A stretch of DNA of 61,980 nucleotides, filler included. It is 8 parts of 8 records of this genome, joined end to end, with 100 filler letters (N's around TTAATTAATTAA, not from the genome) between each part and the next. Parts side by side here need not be neighbours in the genome. Positions count along the whole stretch, not along the records: positions 1 to 14,030 come from SRR31147125_52314; 7 more parts are not named here. One strand, written 5' to 3'. The position numbers and the translations under genes were made by a program. Below are positions 1 to 10,273 of the stretch, piece by piece; positions within the stretch are counted from its first letter, which is position 1; every line of letters starts with the position of its first letter. The notes beneath the pieces are model-generated. The model was not told the DNA's origin and did no database searches. It saw only the letters and a program-made list of their open reading frames with translations.

Positions 1-8
1 GAGTTATT

Positions 9-317
9 ATGATTCAGAATATTGATACCATCCAAAGCCAGATGCTGGCCGGCAAACTTACCGAAGCACAAAAGACAAATACCGAAAGTGACGAGGCCTT
101 GATGGAGGCCTGTGAAGGATTTGAGGCCATTATTACCAAAACCATGCTGGACAGCATGAGAGCAACCCTTCCCGGGAATGCCCTGTTCCCTAAAAGCAAC
201 GCCCAGGATATTCTGGAATCCATGCGGGATCAGCAATTGGCTGAAGATCTTTCAAAAACCCCCAATGGGTTGGGTCTCAAAGAATTCTTATATAACCAGC
301 TTAATTCCTCCTCTTAA
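9..317 (+). CDS. flgJ: Short FlgJ-type rod-binding protein (no muramidase domain)
   Basis: 102 aa with the Rod-binding motif LMEACEGFEAIITKTMLDSMRAT...GLGLKEFLYNQL; lies upstream of flgN-flgK. Confidence 0.85.
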   Translation: MIQNIDTIQSQMLAGKLTEAQKTNTESDEALMEACEGFEAIITKTMLDSMRATLPGNALFPKSNAQDILESMRDQQLAEDLSKTPNGLGLKEFLYNQLNSSS

Positions 318-360
318 GTTCCCCACCGTTTTTTAAGCCCTCCTCCGGGCACTATGGTTT

Positions 361-391
361 AATTGGTATAAAAGTTGCTCTTATACCAATT
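361..391 (+). promoter_or_regulatory. Candidate sigma-54 (-24/-12) promoter inside an 11-bp perfect inverted repeat
   Basis: TGGTATAAAAGTTGCT has GG at 365-366 and GC at 377-378, the canonical spacing. The arms are AATTGGTATAA (361-371) and TTATACCAATT (381-391). It lies upstream of flgN-flgK-flgL. Confidence 0.6.
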
Positions 392-491
392 ACCCATTGA
401 AATTTTTGATACTAAAGGAAATTTTTTCCCGTAAGCGGGGAAAATTCCCCCATTCAGGGGGCAATAGATATCACAAAGGAGGAGTGCCAAC

Positions 492-997
492 ATGGAAAAA
501 ATTGCCGGTGATATGTCAGGCCTGCTTCAGGAAACCCTGGAATTATACCAGGACCTTAAATCCGTTCTGCTGGCGGAAAAGCAATTTATCAAAGAGATGG
601 ACGTCAAGAGTCTGTGGGCCTCCACAGACCGGAAAAAAAGCTGCTCCACGCCATTGAAAATGTGATCTCAAAGACCCTCAGCCATGTGAAACAGCACGGG
701 GCCCATCTGGATATGACGGTTCGTGATTTTATGGTCCAGGATGCGGTATCTGTCCTCCCCTTGCAGATGAAAGTCAAAGCCCAGCTCAAAAGTATGGGGC
801 GGCGCATTGATACCTGCAAAAAGGAAATTGCCCTGCTGGCCTATGAAAACAAACGGTATCTGGCTGAGTCTCTGGCTGTCATTGACGGGATATTCAGCAC
901 CATACGCCAGCAGGCCGCCGGAGAGAATCAATACGCATCCAACGGTCAGGTTTACTCCCCTTCCGAGGGGAATCGCATTATTAAAGCCGAGGTATAG
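492..997 (+). CDS. flgN: FlgN-family flagellar export chaperone (one frameshift at the A7 run 633-639)
   Basis: RBS AAAGGAGGAG then ATG at 492 (MEKIAGDMSGLLQETLELYQDLKSVLLAEKQFIKEMDVKSLW). Adding one A joins it to ORF 614..997 (ENKRYLAESLAVIDGIF...YASNG). Position directly before flgK is typical. Confidence 0.75.
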
Positions 998-999
998 CC

Positions 1000-3900
1000 A
1001 TGTCCGGACTTTATTCCACCCTTAGTATCGCCAAAACCGCCATCGCCGTACAGCAATACGGGTTAAACATCACGGGCCAGAATGTGGCCAATGTAAACAA
1101 TGAGGATTATTCGGTACAATACGCTAACCAGATGAGCCTCAAACCTGCGACCTATGCCGGATATTTATTCGGCACCGGTGTGGACTTAAGTGAAATCCAG
1201 CAGAGTGTGGATACCCTGCTGGAAGACAGGCTGACCCAGGAGTTTTCCAGCCAGGCTTATTTTGAGGAGCAGGAATCCTATATGAGGGTGCTGGAAGGGT
1301 TTTTTGATGAAAGCTCGGACAGCAGCATTTCATCGGTTTTAACAGAATATTGGAACACCTGGCACGACCTGTCTGATAATCCCCAGGGATCTTCCGAGCG
1401 GGTGGCGGTATACGAGAGTGGAAATAAGGTGGCCGAGCGATTTGAAACCGCCCTTCTGGAGATGGATAGTCTGCTTACGGATATTGGCAACGATATTATT
1501 GCCGCTGTGGGGCAGATCAATGAACTGACCGGGAAAATTGCCGATTTGAACCAGGAGATCCTCTCCTCTAGCCTGGTGGGGTCCGCCAATGACCTTAAAG
1601 ATCAGAGAACCGCTTTGGTCAAGGATTTAAGTGAATTGATCAGCATCAACACCTTTGAGCAGTCCAACGGTGCCCTGACCATCAACGTGGCGGATGCCTA
1701 TACGGTTGTCAACGGAGTGAACTCCTATCAGCTCGGGGTCTATGACAATGAAGTGGTCTGGTACAACTCCGAGGGTGGCACTGTGGAAATTTCCAACGAT
1801 ATTTCCGAGGGGGGCGTTGGTGGACTCCTTGAAATGCGGGATTCCGTGATTCCCAAATATCAGGCTGAAATCGACGAACTGGCCAGGGAAATGATCTGGG
1901 CCATTAATTACCAGCATTCCCAGGGTGCAGGGCTGGCCTATTACAATGAGCCGGTCACCGGCACCTACCAGACCGATGACAGCGGGTGGCTGACCAGTCT
2001 GGAGTTTGGGGATAAAATCGATTTTGATCAGGATTTTACCATGTGGGTGGAGGACAACACCGATGCCACCGCTCAGTACCGGCAGATCCTTATGGATATG
2101 GGGTTATCCCAGGCCTCTATGACCAATTGGCAGGGCACAGCCCCGGGCGCGGTTCAGTCCATTTATCAGCTGACAGTGTTGGATGATGCGACTCTGGGAG
2201 ACATGGAAGTGACTGAATTTGACGGAGACGGCCTGGCAGGGGTTCAGGCCTCCACATCCACCGGCGGGGTTGCTGTGGCCCTGAATCAGGCCATTGCCGA
2301 GCAGACCATCACTGTATACAACGGGTCTGAAGGGACCCGTGTCATTGATGTCAACGATGTGGGAGGAGATGCCAAGCGGTCTGCCGCTTCCATTGCCGCC
2401 GCCCTCAGCGAGGTAGAGGGGGTTTTGGCCTATGCCTCTGAAACTTCAGCCACCATTCGCCTGACCGACGGACTGGGAGCCGACGCCATTCCCGATGCCC
2501 AGGACGGGGATGAAGTGCAGTACGCCATTTACGTGGACGGCATTGTCCAGTCCCAGTCATTCATTGTGGATTCGTCCATGGGCAGCCTTGAAGAGCAGTT
2601 TGAGGACAGCTTGCTTGAGGCGGCCGAAGCCATTAACCTGATCAACGAGGATACCGACCTGTACGCCAACGGCCTGACCATCTCCAGCCAGAGCGGTAAA
2701 ACCATTGGTATCCAGGATTTTGAAGTCCAGGACAACTCCGGTATCCGGCTGTCAGGCTTTAGTGATTTTGACGAAGGGGACAGCCTTACCTTTACCATTG
2801 ATTCTGTTACCGCAGCAGCCCCGTCAACTTCGGCGGCAACCACCACCACCGTGACCGTGGACCTGGATGGCGTAGATACCAGTGATGAGGCTGTGATGGC
2901 GCAGGTTTTCAGTGAGGCCATGGATGAGGCTCTGGACGGCCGGCCTTTTACCATTGAGCATGACCCTTCCACCAACTCCATTGTTGTCCGGACCACGGAT
3001 GGATCTGGTATCCGTATTGGGCAGGCTTCTGGGGATACATCGGATGATGCGGTCATTGCCGTTGCCGTGGAAGGGGGGACCTCAACCACCTCAGCGTCTG
3101 CAAATACCCAGATTCGGTTTAACAATGTCACGGATGCCTCGGATCTGGTGCGCTACGACCCGGACAGTCTGACCACCGATGAGATTTATTTTGTGGCCAA
3201 TGACACGTCCGCCGCCATTTCCGAGACCAGTGCCGCTGCAGGCAATAAAAGTGCAGTGGTCACCGGTACGGTAACCGCCACCGTGGAATCGGGCATGGTC
3301 CTGACTTCCAACGTGTACGGATCCGGTTCCGGAGGTGTGTTTTCATCCACCCAGTCCAAAAAGGGAAGTTCCATTTTGACCTTTGGCGGAGACGGAGGAT
3401 TCTCAGGCTTTTCCTCTGCCGGCGGTGAGACCGTTTCCTTTGATATAGACGGCAGTACAGTCTCATTTAACACCACCGCAGGCACAGGGACCTCAGACCT
3501 TGCCATGGCCCAGCTTCTGGAGTCTGAAATCATCTCCGATCTGACCCTGGCCGGGGTGATTGATGATTATGAGGTGATTCGGACGGGGTGCTCGGTCTCC
3601 GTCATTAAAGATTCAGATCTGGAAGATCCCATTGCCGTTGAAAATTTTACAGATTCTTTGGGCAATAATGCACAGATTAATGTCAGCACGGGCACGGGCA
3701 TAGGAACCAATCAACCGGAAAATGACCTCCTGGACGCGGATCCCTCCCTGACCAACCGGAATTCTACGACCTCCTCTCTTTACGACGATGAGGGGGTGAT
3801 TTTCTGGGAGCGGATGGATACCGACGGCTTTAGTAGCGGTGCCAGCGGTTTTATTACCCTTGAAGACACCGGGCAGGTTTCCATTGTGGAGGACGGGTCT

Positions 3901-5291
3901 GTCACCCTGACCTTTGATATTTCCGAGGGCAGCCTGGTGGCGGGCAATACCATGACCATCAATACCGATACTTCAGGGGTTCCGGATCCCCTGGATTTTA
4001 CCATTACCGGGTGGGCCAATGCCATTAATACCACATATCAGTTTGAGGTGATTTCCGGCGGCAAGGTGGGCCATGAACCCTCGGACGGAGAAGACCCCCT
4101 GGTCATCCAATGGGACAACGGACTGACCACCGGTTCTTTTACAATAGAAGGGGACGACCCACCGGTTACCCCCCTGGTGCCTGTGGAAATCCAGGTGGAC
4201 GGGATGAATTTTAAATTCTACGACGGCACCCTTTTCGAGGGGGATGTCTTTACCGTTACCACAGGGGATACCGGGCTGCCTCTGTCCGAGAACAGCGACG
4301 GCAACTATACCGGAGAAACCATGTCCGACTGGCATTGGACCCTGGAGTCCTTTGCCGATGAGTTCAACCGGCAGGGGGCCGGGATGACGGCCTCGGCAAC
4401 CCTGGACAACCGGATTGAGTTCAGTGCCTCGGACAGCCTATATATCATCGACAATACCGAATACTCGGGGAATAACGGGTTTTCAGAAGACAATGTGTCC
4501 TTGACCATAAAAGACTGGAGCGCTTTGGATTTTGCCGCACGGGATTTGAGATTCGAGCGGTCCGGAGACGGCACCTGGGGGGTGCTCAACGATCCCACCG
4601 GTGGGGTGCTTCAAATTTCCCTGAAGGCGGAGACGATGACGGATTTGGGGTGGATTTCACCGGGGACGGTATCATTGATCTGCAGATTGATTTTTCCGAG
4701 CAGGTCACGGGCAACGGATATGTGGAGTTTGACTTTGTTGAGCGGAATCCTTCAGATATCGGTTTTGCCTTTTCCGATGATAACTCCAGTGATTGCGGAC
4801 TTGTTGCAGCCCTGGGCATCAATACCTTTTTTGACGGTATCGATGCCATGAGCATGGAGGTGAACCAGGCACTTGCCGATACCAAATTCATTGCCGCGGC
4901 CAAGATCGACAATGACACAGGTCAGGTCAGCGCAGGGGACAACACCAATGCCCTTTACATGGCCGATGTTCAATACACGGATCTGACTTTGAAGCTGTGG
5001 ACCTATGAACGGGGGGAAGATGCGGTGTCCAGCACCACAACGGCAACCCTGGATGATTATTATAATACAATTATCAGCTCCCTGGGCATTGATTCCCAGA
5101 GCATTAAAAATTCCAAAAGTTTTGCAGACACCATGGTCAACAGTATTACGGAGCAGCGGGATTCGGTTTCCGCAGTTTCTTTGGATGAGGAGATGATCAA
5201 ACTGATGAAATTTCAGCATGCTTTTTCCGCAGCATCCAAGCTTTTGACCGTATCCGATGAAATGCTTGACACCCTTATTTCCCTAAGGTAA
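1000..5291 (+). CDS. flgK: Flagellar hook-associated protein 1, giant (~1430 aa; one frameshift near 4615-4621)
   Basis: N-terminus has LNITGQNVANVNNEDYSVQ (ORF 1000..4851). C-terminus has RDSVSAVSLDEEMIKLMKFQHAFSAASKLL (ORF 4650..5291). One added base in CAAATTTCCC joins them. Confidence 0.93.
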
Positions 5292-5303
5292 CGGAGGTTT
5301 AAT

Positions 5304-8300
5304 ATGCGTGTGCCAACAATTACAATGTACTCGTCCTCAACCTATATGCTGGGGAATCTTACCGAGGATCTTAAGGATTCCAATGAGGTGGTCAGCACCC
5401 AAAAAGAGATCAACGAGATTTCAGACGACCCTTTGGGGTTGAGTCAGACCCTGAGTCTGGGAAACTCCCTGGGGTATCTGGAACAGATTGAGCGCAACGT
5501 CACCATGGGAAAATCCTGGCTGGAAAGTGTGGAAAATGCCATGGACAGTGTCAATGATCTGATTCTGGACGCCAAAACCGAGGTGACCCGCCTGGCCAAC
5601 GATTCCACCACCAGTGACGAGCGGGCGGCAGCTGTTGAGCGTATCGACAATATCATTGAGCAGATTATCACCCTGGGAAATACCCAGGTCAACGGCAGTT
5701 ATGTTTTCGGTGGTACCATTACGGATCAGGCCCCCCTGGTTTACGATACAGACAGTGACCCCAACGAGGTGACCTATGTGGGCAACGAGGTGGCCTTTGA
5801 GATCCGGACGGACCAGGAGGCCGGGGTGGAAGTGGGCCGTGTGGGGTCTGAAACCTTCTGGGACGATACCATTGACATCAATACCACAAACAACACCATT
5901 GTGTTCACCGAGGACAACGGGCACGGGTCTGCATCGATACAGGTCATGGAGGCTCAGATTCCCGAAGGAGAATACACAAAAGAGAGCCTGGCCACGGTGG
6001 TTCGGAATGCATTGAACCAGGAGTCCGGAGACAGCGGGTATGGTCTTGCCTATCTTGTGGAGTGGGACGAGGACAACCAGGTTTACTCCATCAGGGAGGA
6101 CGGCAGTTATGAGGGGTACCTGAGAACCCAGTTCCATTGGGAAAGTGCTGAGGACCCTGCCATCAGCAATATCCAGACGTCCTCCAATATTGATCCCGAT
6201 GACCTGACCCTTTCTGTTCATTATGAGGACAGCCTGACCATCAGCACCCCCGGGTCTGAGGGATCAGATCCCTTTACCCTGACCTTTAACGGCGAGGATG
6301 CCTGGATTATTTCAGGCAATCCCGGCTATATCCTGTCCGGCAGTATTGAAGGCACGGCAGACAGTATTGACCTGGATCTGGATGAGGACGATATTGCCGA
6401 TATCTCTATTCGTCTGGACAATGAGGCCCAGGAAGGGGATAGCATTTCCTTTGATATTACAGCCTACCGGGGAGATGCAAGCGTTGGTCATGAAATGGGT
6501 TTTGGCGATTATGATATGACCTATGCGCCGCCGGTGTCTGATAATGATCCTGAATTTATCACGGATCTGACCATCAGTGCCGGGGTCAATGACACCATTG
6601 ATTTTATTGAGGTCAACAATACCGGCGGCACCAGCACTACCCTTACTGCCACCCTTACTGCAGGAACCTATGCAGATATGGATGCCCTGGCCGATGAGAT
6701 CGAAACCCAGCTTGAGGCGGCCAGTGCTGCGCCCACATCAGGCGCAAATACCATTGACTATGCCGTGACCTATGATGCCGAGACCAGCCGGTTTAATATC
6801 AGAGAGGACGGCGCCACCCTGGATGAACTCCAATTGTTGTGGAGCAATACCACAGGAGCTTCCACCACGGCAGCCACCCTGGGGTATTATCCCCTGGATG
6901 ACACCATTGCCTATCCGGTTTCAGATAACACCCCCATCCACGGGTATATTGCCGTGGATGATACCAACAACAAGATCGATTTTGTTGAAACCAACACCGC
7001 CGGGGTGTCCACCACCCTGATTGCCCTGGTGTCCAGCCAGGTCTATACGGATATTACCGATCTTGAAACAGCGGTGGAAGACGCATTGAACAATGCCTCG
7101 GCCTCCTCGGGCAATACGGTTGTTTATGACGTGACCTATGACGATACCCTGGATCAGTTTACCATCCAGCGCAGCAGCGGTGCGGCCTTAACGGATTTTG
7201 ACCTGCTCTGGTCTTCGGGAACCAACTGGGACACCACCATGGGAGAGGCACTGGGCTATGATACTTCTGCAGATGATACCGGCGGCCTTTCTTATACCAG
7301 TGATGTTGCCCCGACCTTGATCTCTGTATCCGATGCCAATAATGTGATCCAGTTTACCGAGACCCGCCTGGACAACACCGTGACCGATGAGGTGACCATT
7401 CGGGTTGATGAAGGGGACTATACGGATCTGGATACCTTGGCTGCTGCCATTGAGACGGCCATGGAGACCGCATCCCCCAATGCGGTCAACTATGATGTCT
7501 CCTATGATTTTACCTTGGGCCAGTTCATGATCAAGGGCAGTGACGAGGATATCCTCGGGTTTGACCTGCGCTGGGATTCCGGGTCCAAATCCTCCCTTTC
7601 CATTGGATCCTACCTGGGCTTTGATACCAGTGAGGATGATGCGGTGGGCTATGCCCAGAGTGATGAGCAGATTATTAATCTGGTCATTGACAGCACCAAT
7701 AATAAAATTGATTTTAAAGAGTTTACGGCCCAGGATGCAGACAAGGTTGTGGCCAATCTCACGGCTGAGGTGGAAAACAAGACCTATACCAGTTATACGG
7801 AATTGGCACAGGAGATTGAGATTGCCATGGAGGCGGAATCCAAGGAAAACGGCAATGCCATTAATTATACGGTAACCTATGATGAATATACCAAAAGATT
7901 CTCCATCAAGGAAAACGGCAGTGAGCTGGAAACCCTTCAACTGCAATGGGAGACCGGTGAAAATGCAGATGAAAGCGTGGGAGGAACCGGCCAGAGCATC
8001 GGTAGTCTGATCGGCTTTAACCCTTCCGATGATATTGAGTCGGCTATTTCCAGTGATACCCAGGTGGCGTGGGGAATTTTTAATACTTTAATTGATTTAA
8101 AGGCCTATTTGACAGATAATGATACCGATGGTATCAACCGGACCATTGGTCGTCTGGAATCAAACTATAGCAGTATGACCTCAAGAATTGTTGACAGCGG
8201 CATGAAGTACAGCCGTCTGCTGGTAAGGGAAAACATTTCAACCGAGGTAAACCTGAGCTTGACCGAACGAAAGAGTATGATCGAAGATGCTGATATTGTT

Positions 8301-8402
8301 GAATCCATTATGCAACTCCAGAATATCCAGGTGGCTTACCAGGCAGCCTTAAGTTCCACCTCCCAGGTCCTGAACTTAAGTCTTGTCGACTATTTGCAAT
8401 AG
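5304..8402 (+). CDS. flgL: Flagellar hook-associated protein 3, giant (1032 aa) with internal repeats
   Basis: N-terminus has MRV...STQKEINEISDDP and GNTQVNGSYVFGG. C-terminus has SMIEDADIVESIMQLQNIQVAYQAALSSTSQVLNLSLVDYL. It follows flgK. Confidence 0.93.
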   Translation: MRVPTITMYSSSTYMLGNLTEDLKDSNEVVSTQKEINEISDDPLGLSQTLSLGNSLGYLEQIERNVTMGKSWLESVENAMDSVNDLILDAKTEVTRLANDSTTSDERAAAVERIDNIIEQIITLGNTQVNGSYVFGGTITDQAPLVYDTDSDPNEVTYVGNEVAFEIRTDQEAGVEVGRVGSETFWDDTIDINTTNNTIVFTEDNGHGSASIQVMEAQIPEGEYTKESLATVVRNALNQESGDSGYGLAYLVEWDEDNQVYSIREDGSYEGYLRTQFHWESAEDPAISNIQTSSNIDPDDLTLSVHYEDSLTISTPGSEGSDPFTLTFNGEDAWIISGNPGYILSGSIEGTADSIDLDLDEDDIADISIRLDNEAQEGDSISFDITAYRGDASVGHEMGFGDYDMTYAPPVSDNDPEFITDLTISAGVNDTIDFIEVNNTGGTSTTLTATLTAGTYADMDALADEIETQLEAASAAPTSGANTIDYAVTYDAETSRFNIREDGATLDELQLLWSNTTGASTTAATLGYYPLDDTIAYPVSDNTPIHGYIAVDDTNNKIDFVETNTAGVSTTLIALVSSQVYTDITDLETAVEDALNNASASSGNTVVYDVTYDDTLDQFTIQRSSGAALTDFDLLWSSGTNWDTTMGEALGYDTSADDTGGLSYTSDVAPTLISVSDANNVIQFTETRLDNTVTDEVTIRVDEGDYTDLDTLAAAIETAMETASPNAVNYDVSYDFTLGQFMIKGSDEDILGFDLRWDSGSKSSLSIGSYLGFDTSEDDAVGYAQSDEQIINLVIDSTNNKIDFKEFTAQDADKVVANLTAEVENKTYTSYTELAQEIEIAMEAESKENGNAINYTVTYDEYTKRFSIKENGSELETLQLQWETGENADESVGGTGQSIGSLIGFNPSDDIESAISSDTQVAWGIFNTLIDLKAYLTDNDTDGINRTIGRLESNYSSMTSRIVDSGMKYSRLLVRENISTEVNLSLTERKSMIEDADIVESIMQLQNIQVAYQAALSSTSQVLNLSLVDYLQ

Positions 8403-8413
8403 GAAAGGGATAT

Positions 8414-8656
8414 ATGCTTGTTCTCAGTAGGAAAACCGGTGAAGAAATAAAGATAGGCAAAGACATCGTCATCAGCGTGGTGAAAGTGGAAGGCACCACC
8501 GTCCGTATCGGGATCGAAGCACCCAAACAGGTGCCCATCTTACGGATGGAAGTTTATGAAAAAATTCAGAACGAAAACAGGGATGCGGCGGCAAAAGAGA
8601 TCCAGGATATTTCCCAGGTGGCCGAACTTCTGAACATTAAATTACCCAAGGAGTAA
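8414..8656 (+). CDS. csrA: Carbon storage regulator (RNA-binding translational repressor)
   Basis: MLVLSRKTGEEIKIGKDI...VRIGIEAPKQVPILRMEVY, with the C-terminal extension seen in FliW-partnered CsrA. Confidence 0.97.
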   Translation: MLVLSRKTGEEIKIGKDIVISVVKVEGTTVRIGIEAPKQVPILRMEVYEKIQNENRDAAAKEIQDISQVAELLNIKLPKE

Positions 8657-8661
8657 GTGAG

Positions 8662-9102
8662 TTGAAAATTCAAACCAGGAAATTCGGTGAAATCGAAATT
8701 GACGAAAAGAAAATTTTAACCATGCCGGACGGACTGCCAGGATTTGACGGGTTTGAAAAATTTGTGCTCCTGGAGGACCCGAACACTGCACCTTTCTGCT
8801 GGTATCAGTCTGTTGAAACCCCCAATCTGTCCATTATCGTCATGAGTCCCTTTATTTTTATGCCCGACTATCAGGTGGACACAAAAGAGTTCATGGAAAA
8901 CAGAGGCTGGACTGACATTTCCCCGGAGGAGATCATGATTTACGTGGTGGTCAATGTCTATCAGCGGGAGGAGGGGACAAAAATTACAGCCAACCTCATG
9001 GGGCCTCTTCTCATTCACCCCCAACGAAATGAAGTGGTCCAGGTGGTGATTTCAGACACCACCTATTCCCATAAACATGACGTTTTATCTGCTGTAAAAT
9101 AG
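8662..9102 (+). CDS. fliW: Flagellar assembly factor, CsrA antagonist
   Basis: TTG start; KIQTRKFGEIEI...GLPGF...WYQS...SPFIFMPDY...TANLMGPLLI; adjacent to csrA. Confidence 0.95.
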   Translation: MKIQTRKFGEIEIDEKKILTMPDGLPGFDGFEKFVLLEDPNTAPFCWYQSVETPNLSIIVMSPFIFMPDYQVDTKEFMENRGWTDISPEEIMIYVVVNVYQREEGTKITANLMGPLLIHPQRNEVVQVVISDTTYSHKHDVLSAVK

Positions 9103-9130
9103 GAATAAGGGACCTGAAAAAGGGAATGGG

Positions 9131-9509
9131 ATGGCATTGAGTATCAGAACAAATGTCCTCCAGCTGCCGGAAGTATTCTTGCTGCCGGCCCTTTTTGAGC
9201 GGGGAGGTGGTGGGGCTGGACGGCATTGTCTATGCCAGGGGGCAATTTCTCGGAGGGATGTGGGGATACAGACAAGGTCCGGTCCAACCTGGGCTCAGTG
9301 CAGAATCAACTGACCTGGCCGGTATTGCTTGGGCCCGGGTCAATATGTCAACATCCGCCTCAATCATTGAGGACATTGATTTTTCCCAGGAAACTCAGAA
9401 CCTGCAGAACATGCAGATCCTTGCCGAGGCCGGCCGGTTTGCCCTGTCCCGTTCATCGGATCGCCTGTCAAACCTGATTTCGCTTCTTACACAGACTGAT
9501 CAAAGATAA
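9131..9509 (+). CDS. Mini-flagellin-like gene (flagellin N-tip plus C-terminal helix), split over three frames; intact gene or pseudogene
   Basis: Frame A gives MALSIRTNV. Frame B gives DTDKVRSNLGSVQNQLT. Frame C gives RVNMSTSASIIEDIDFSQETQNLQNMQILAEAGRFAL...LISLL. Two +1 corrections give 381 nt, or 126 aa. Confidence 0.65.
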
Positions 9510-9855
9510 TACCGTTAAGTTCTTTCATATTTTCCATAATGGTGAGCAGTTCTTCAGAGGGGATCTGCCTGATCAACTCATCGGTTTCCCTGTTTTTTAT
9601 TTCAACCACCACCTGGTTGCTAAGGTCTTCGTGGATGGAGAACCCCAGATTGGTCTGAAGGCCGTCCATATATTCATTGAGGGCTTCGGTCATTTCCTTG
9701 ACTTCCTGGGTACCAAGGCTGCTGGCCTGGGTCTCGGTTGCCTGCTCCTGGGCTGCTGTGTCCGAAGGATCCAGCAGTCTTACATTGGACTGGCCTGAGG
9801 CCACCCTCGTTGACGATTCTACGGCTTCTTTATTTTGAACGCTTGAAATATTCAT
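9487..9855 (-). CDS. flaG: Flagellar protein FlaG
   Basis: LGFSIHEDLSNQVVVEIKNRETDELIRQIPSEELL...GIIFD, the FlaG signature. Confidence 0.93.
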   Translation of the reverse strand: MNISSVQNKEAVESSTRVASGQSNVRLLDPSDTAAQEQATETQASSLGTQEVKEMTEALNEYMDGLQTNLGFSIHEDLSNQVVVEIKNRETDELIRQIPSEELLTIMENMKELNGIIFDQSV

Positions 9856-9864
9856 GATTCCTCC

Positions 9865-10263
9865 TTAATAATTTCTAATGGTCAGTACCTTGGGGCGGTC
9901 GCGCATGGATTGCGGTGCCCTATAGGCGTTGATGGCTTTTTTTCCTGTCTTTAAATTGTCCATGCTGGCTTTGAGTTCCTCTTTGACTGTCTGAACCCGG
10001 GTTTTTAATCTGGTGTTCTGTTTGGCGATGAGTTTTAGATGGCCCATGATCTCTTCTACCCTTCCCTGATTTTTTACAATATCCTGTTCTTCCAAGGCAG
10101 GCAAGAGGATGGCCAGATTGGTTTTTAATTTGTCTATGGCCTCTTTTCTCTCCTTTGTATGGGTTTCAAGATCGGGCAGGATCTCTTTATCAAAGGAATT
10201 GATCTGTTCTGTATACATGGCATCAAGTTTTTCCAGATCCCGGGTTATCTCGTGTAAATCCAA
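9865..10263 (-). CDS. Helical flagellar protein of unknown function (FliT/FlgN-like by position)
   Basis: 132-aa coiled-coil-like ORF with RBS AGGAGG and TTG start, between fliS and flaG; ends LKTGKKAINAY. Confidence 0.5.
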   Translation of the reverse strand: MDLHEITRDLEKLDAMYTEQINSFDKEILPDLETHTKERKEAIDKLKTNLAILLPALEEQDIVKNQGRVEEIMGHLKLIAKQNTRLKTRVQTVKEELKASMDNLKTGKKAINAYRAPQSMRDRPKVLTIRNY

Positions 10264-10273
10264 AAATCACCTC

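Noticed and set aside
630..641. Programmed -1 frameshift at GAAAAAAAG in flgN
   Set aside because: AAA AAG is not in the zero frame as the canonical slippery site requires, and identical one-base deficits occur across the window.
397..657. 86-aa ORF upstream of flgN
   Set aside because: It overlaps the true flgN 5' end in another frame and has no RBS or recognisable motif.
5421..7946. Long antisense ORFs (266 and 252 aa) opposite flgL, and similar shadows opposite ahcY and nupC
   Set aside because: They are shadow frames from codon bias in well-supported genes and show no motifs.
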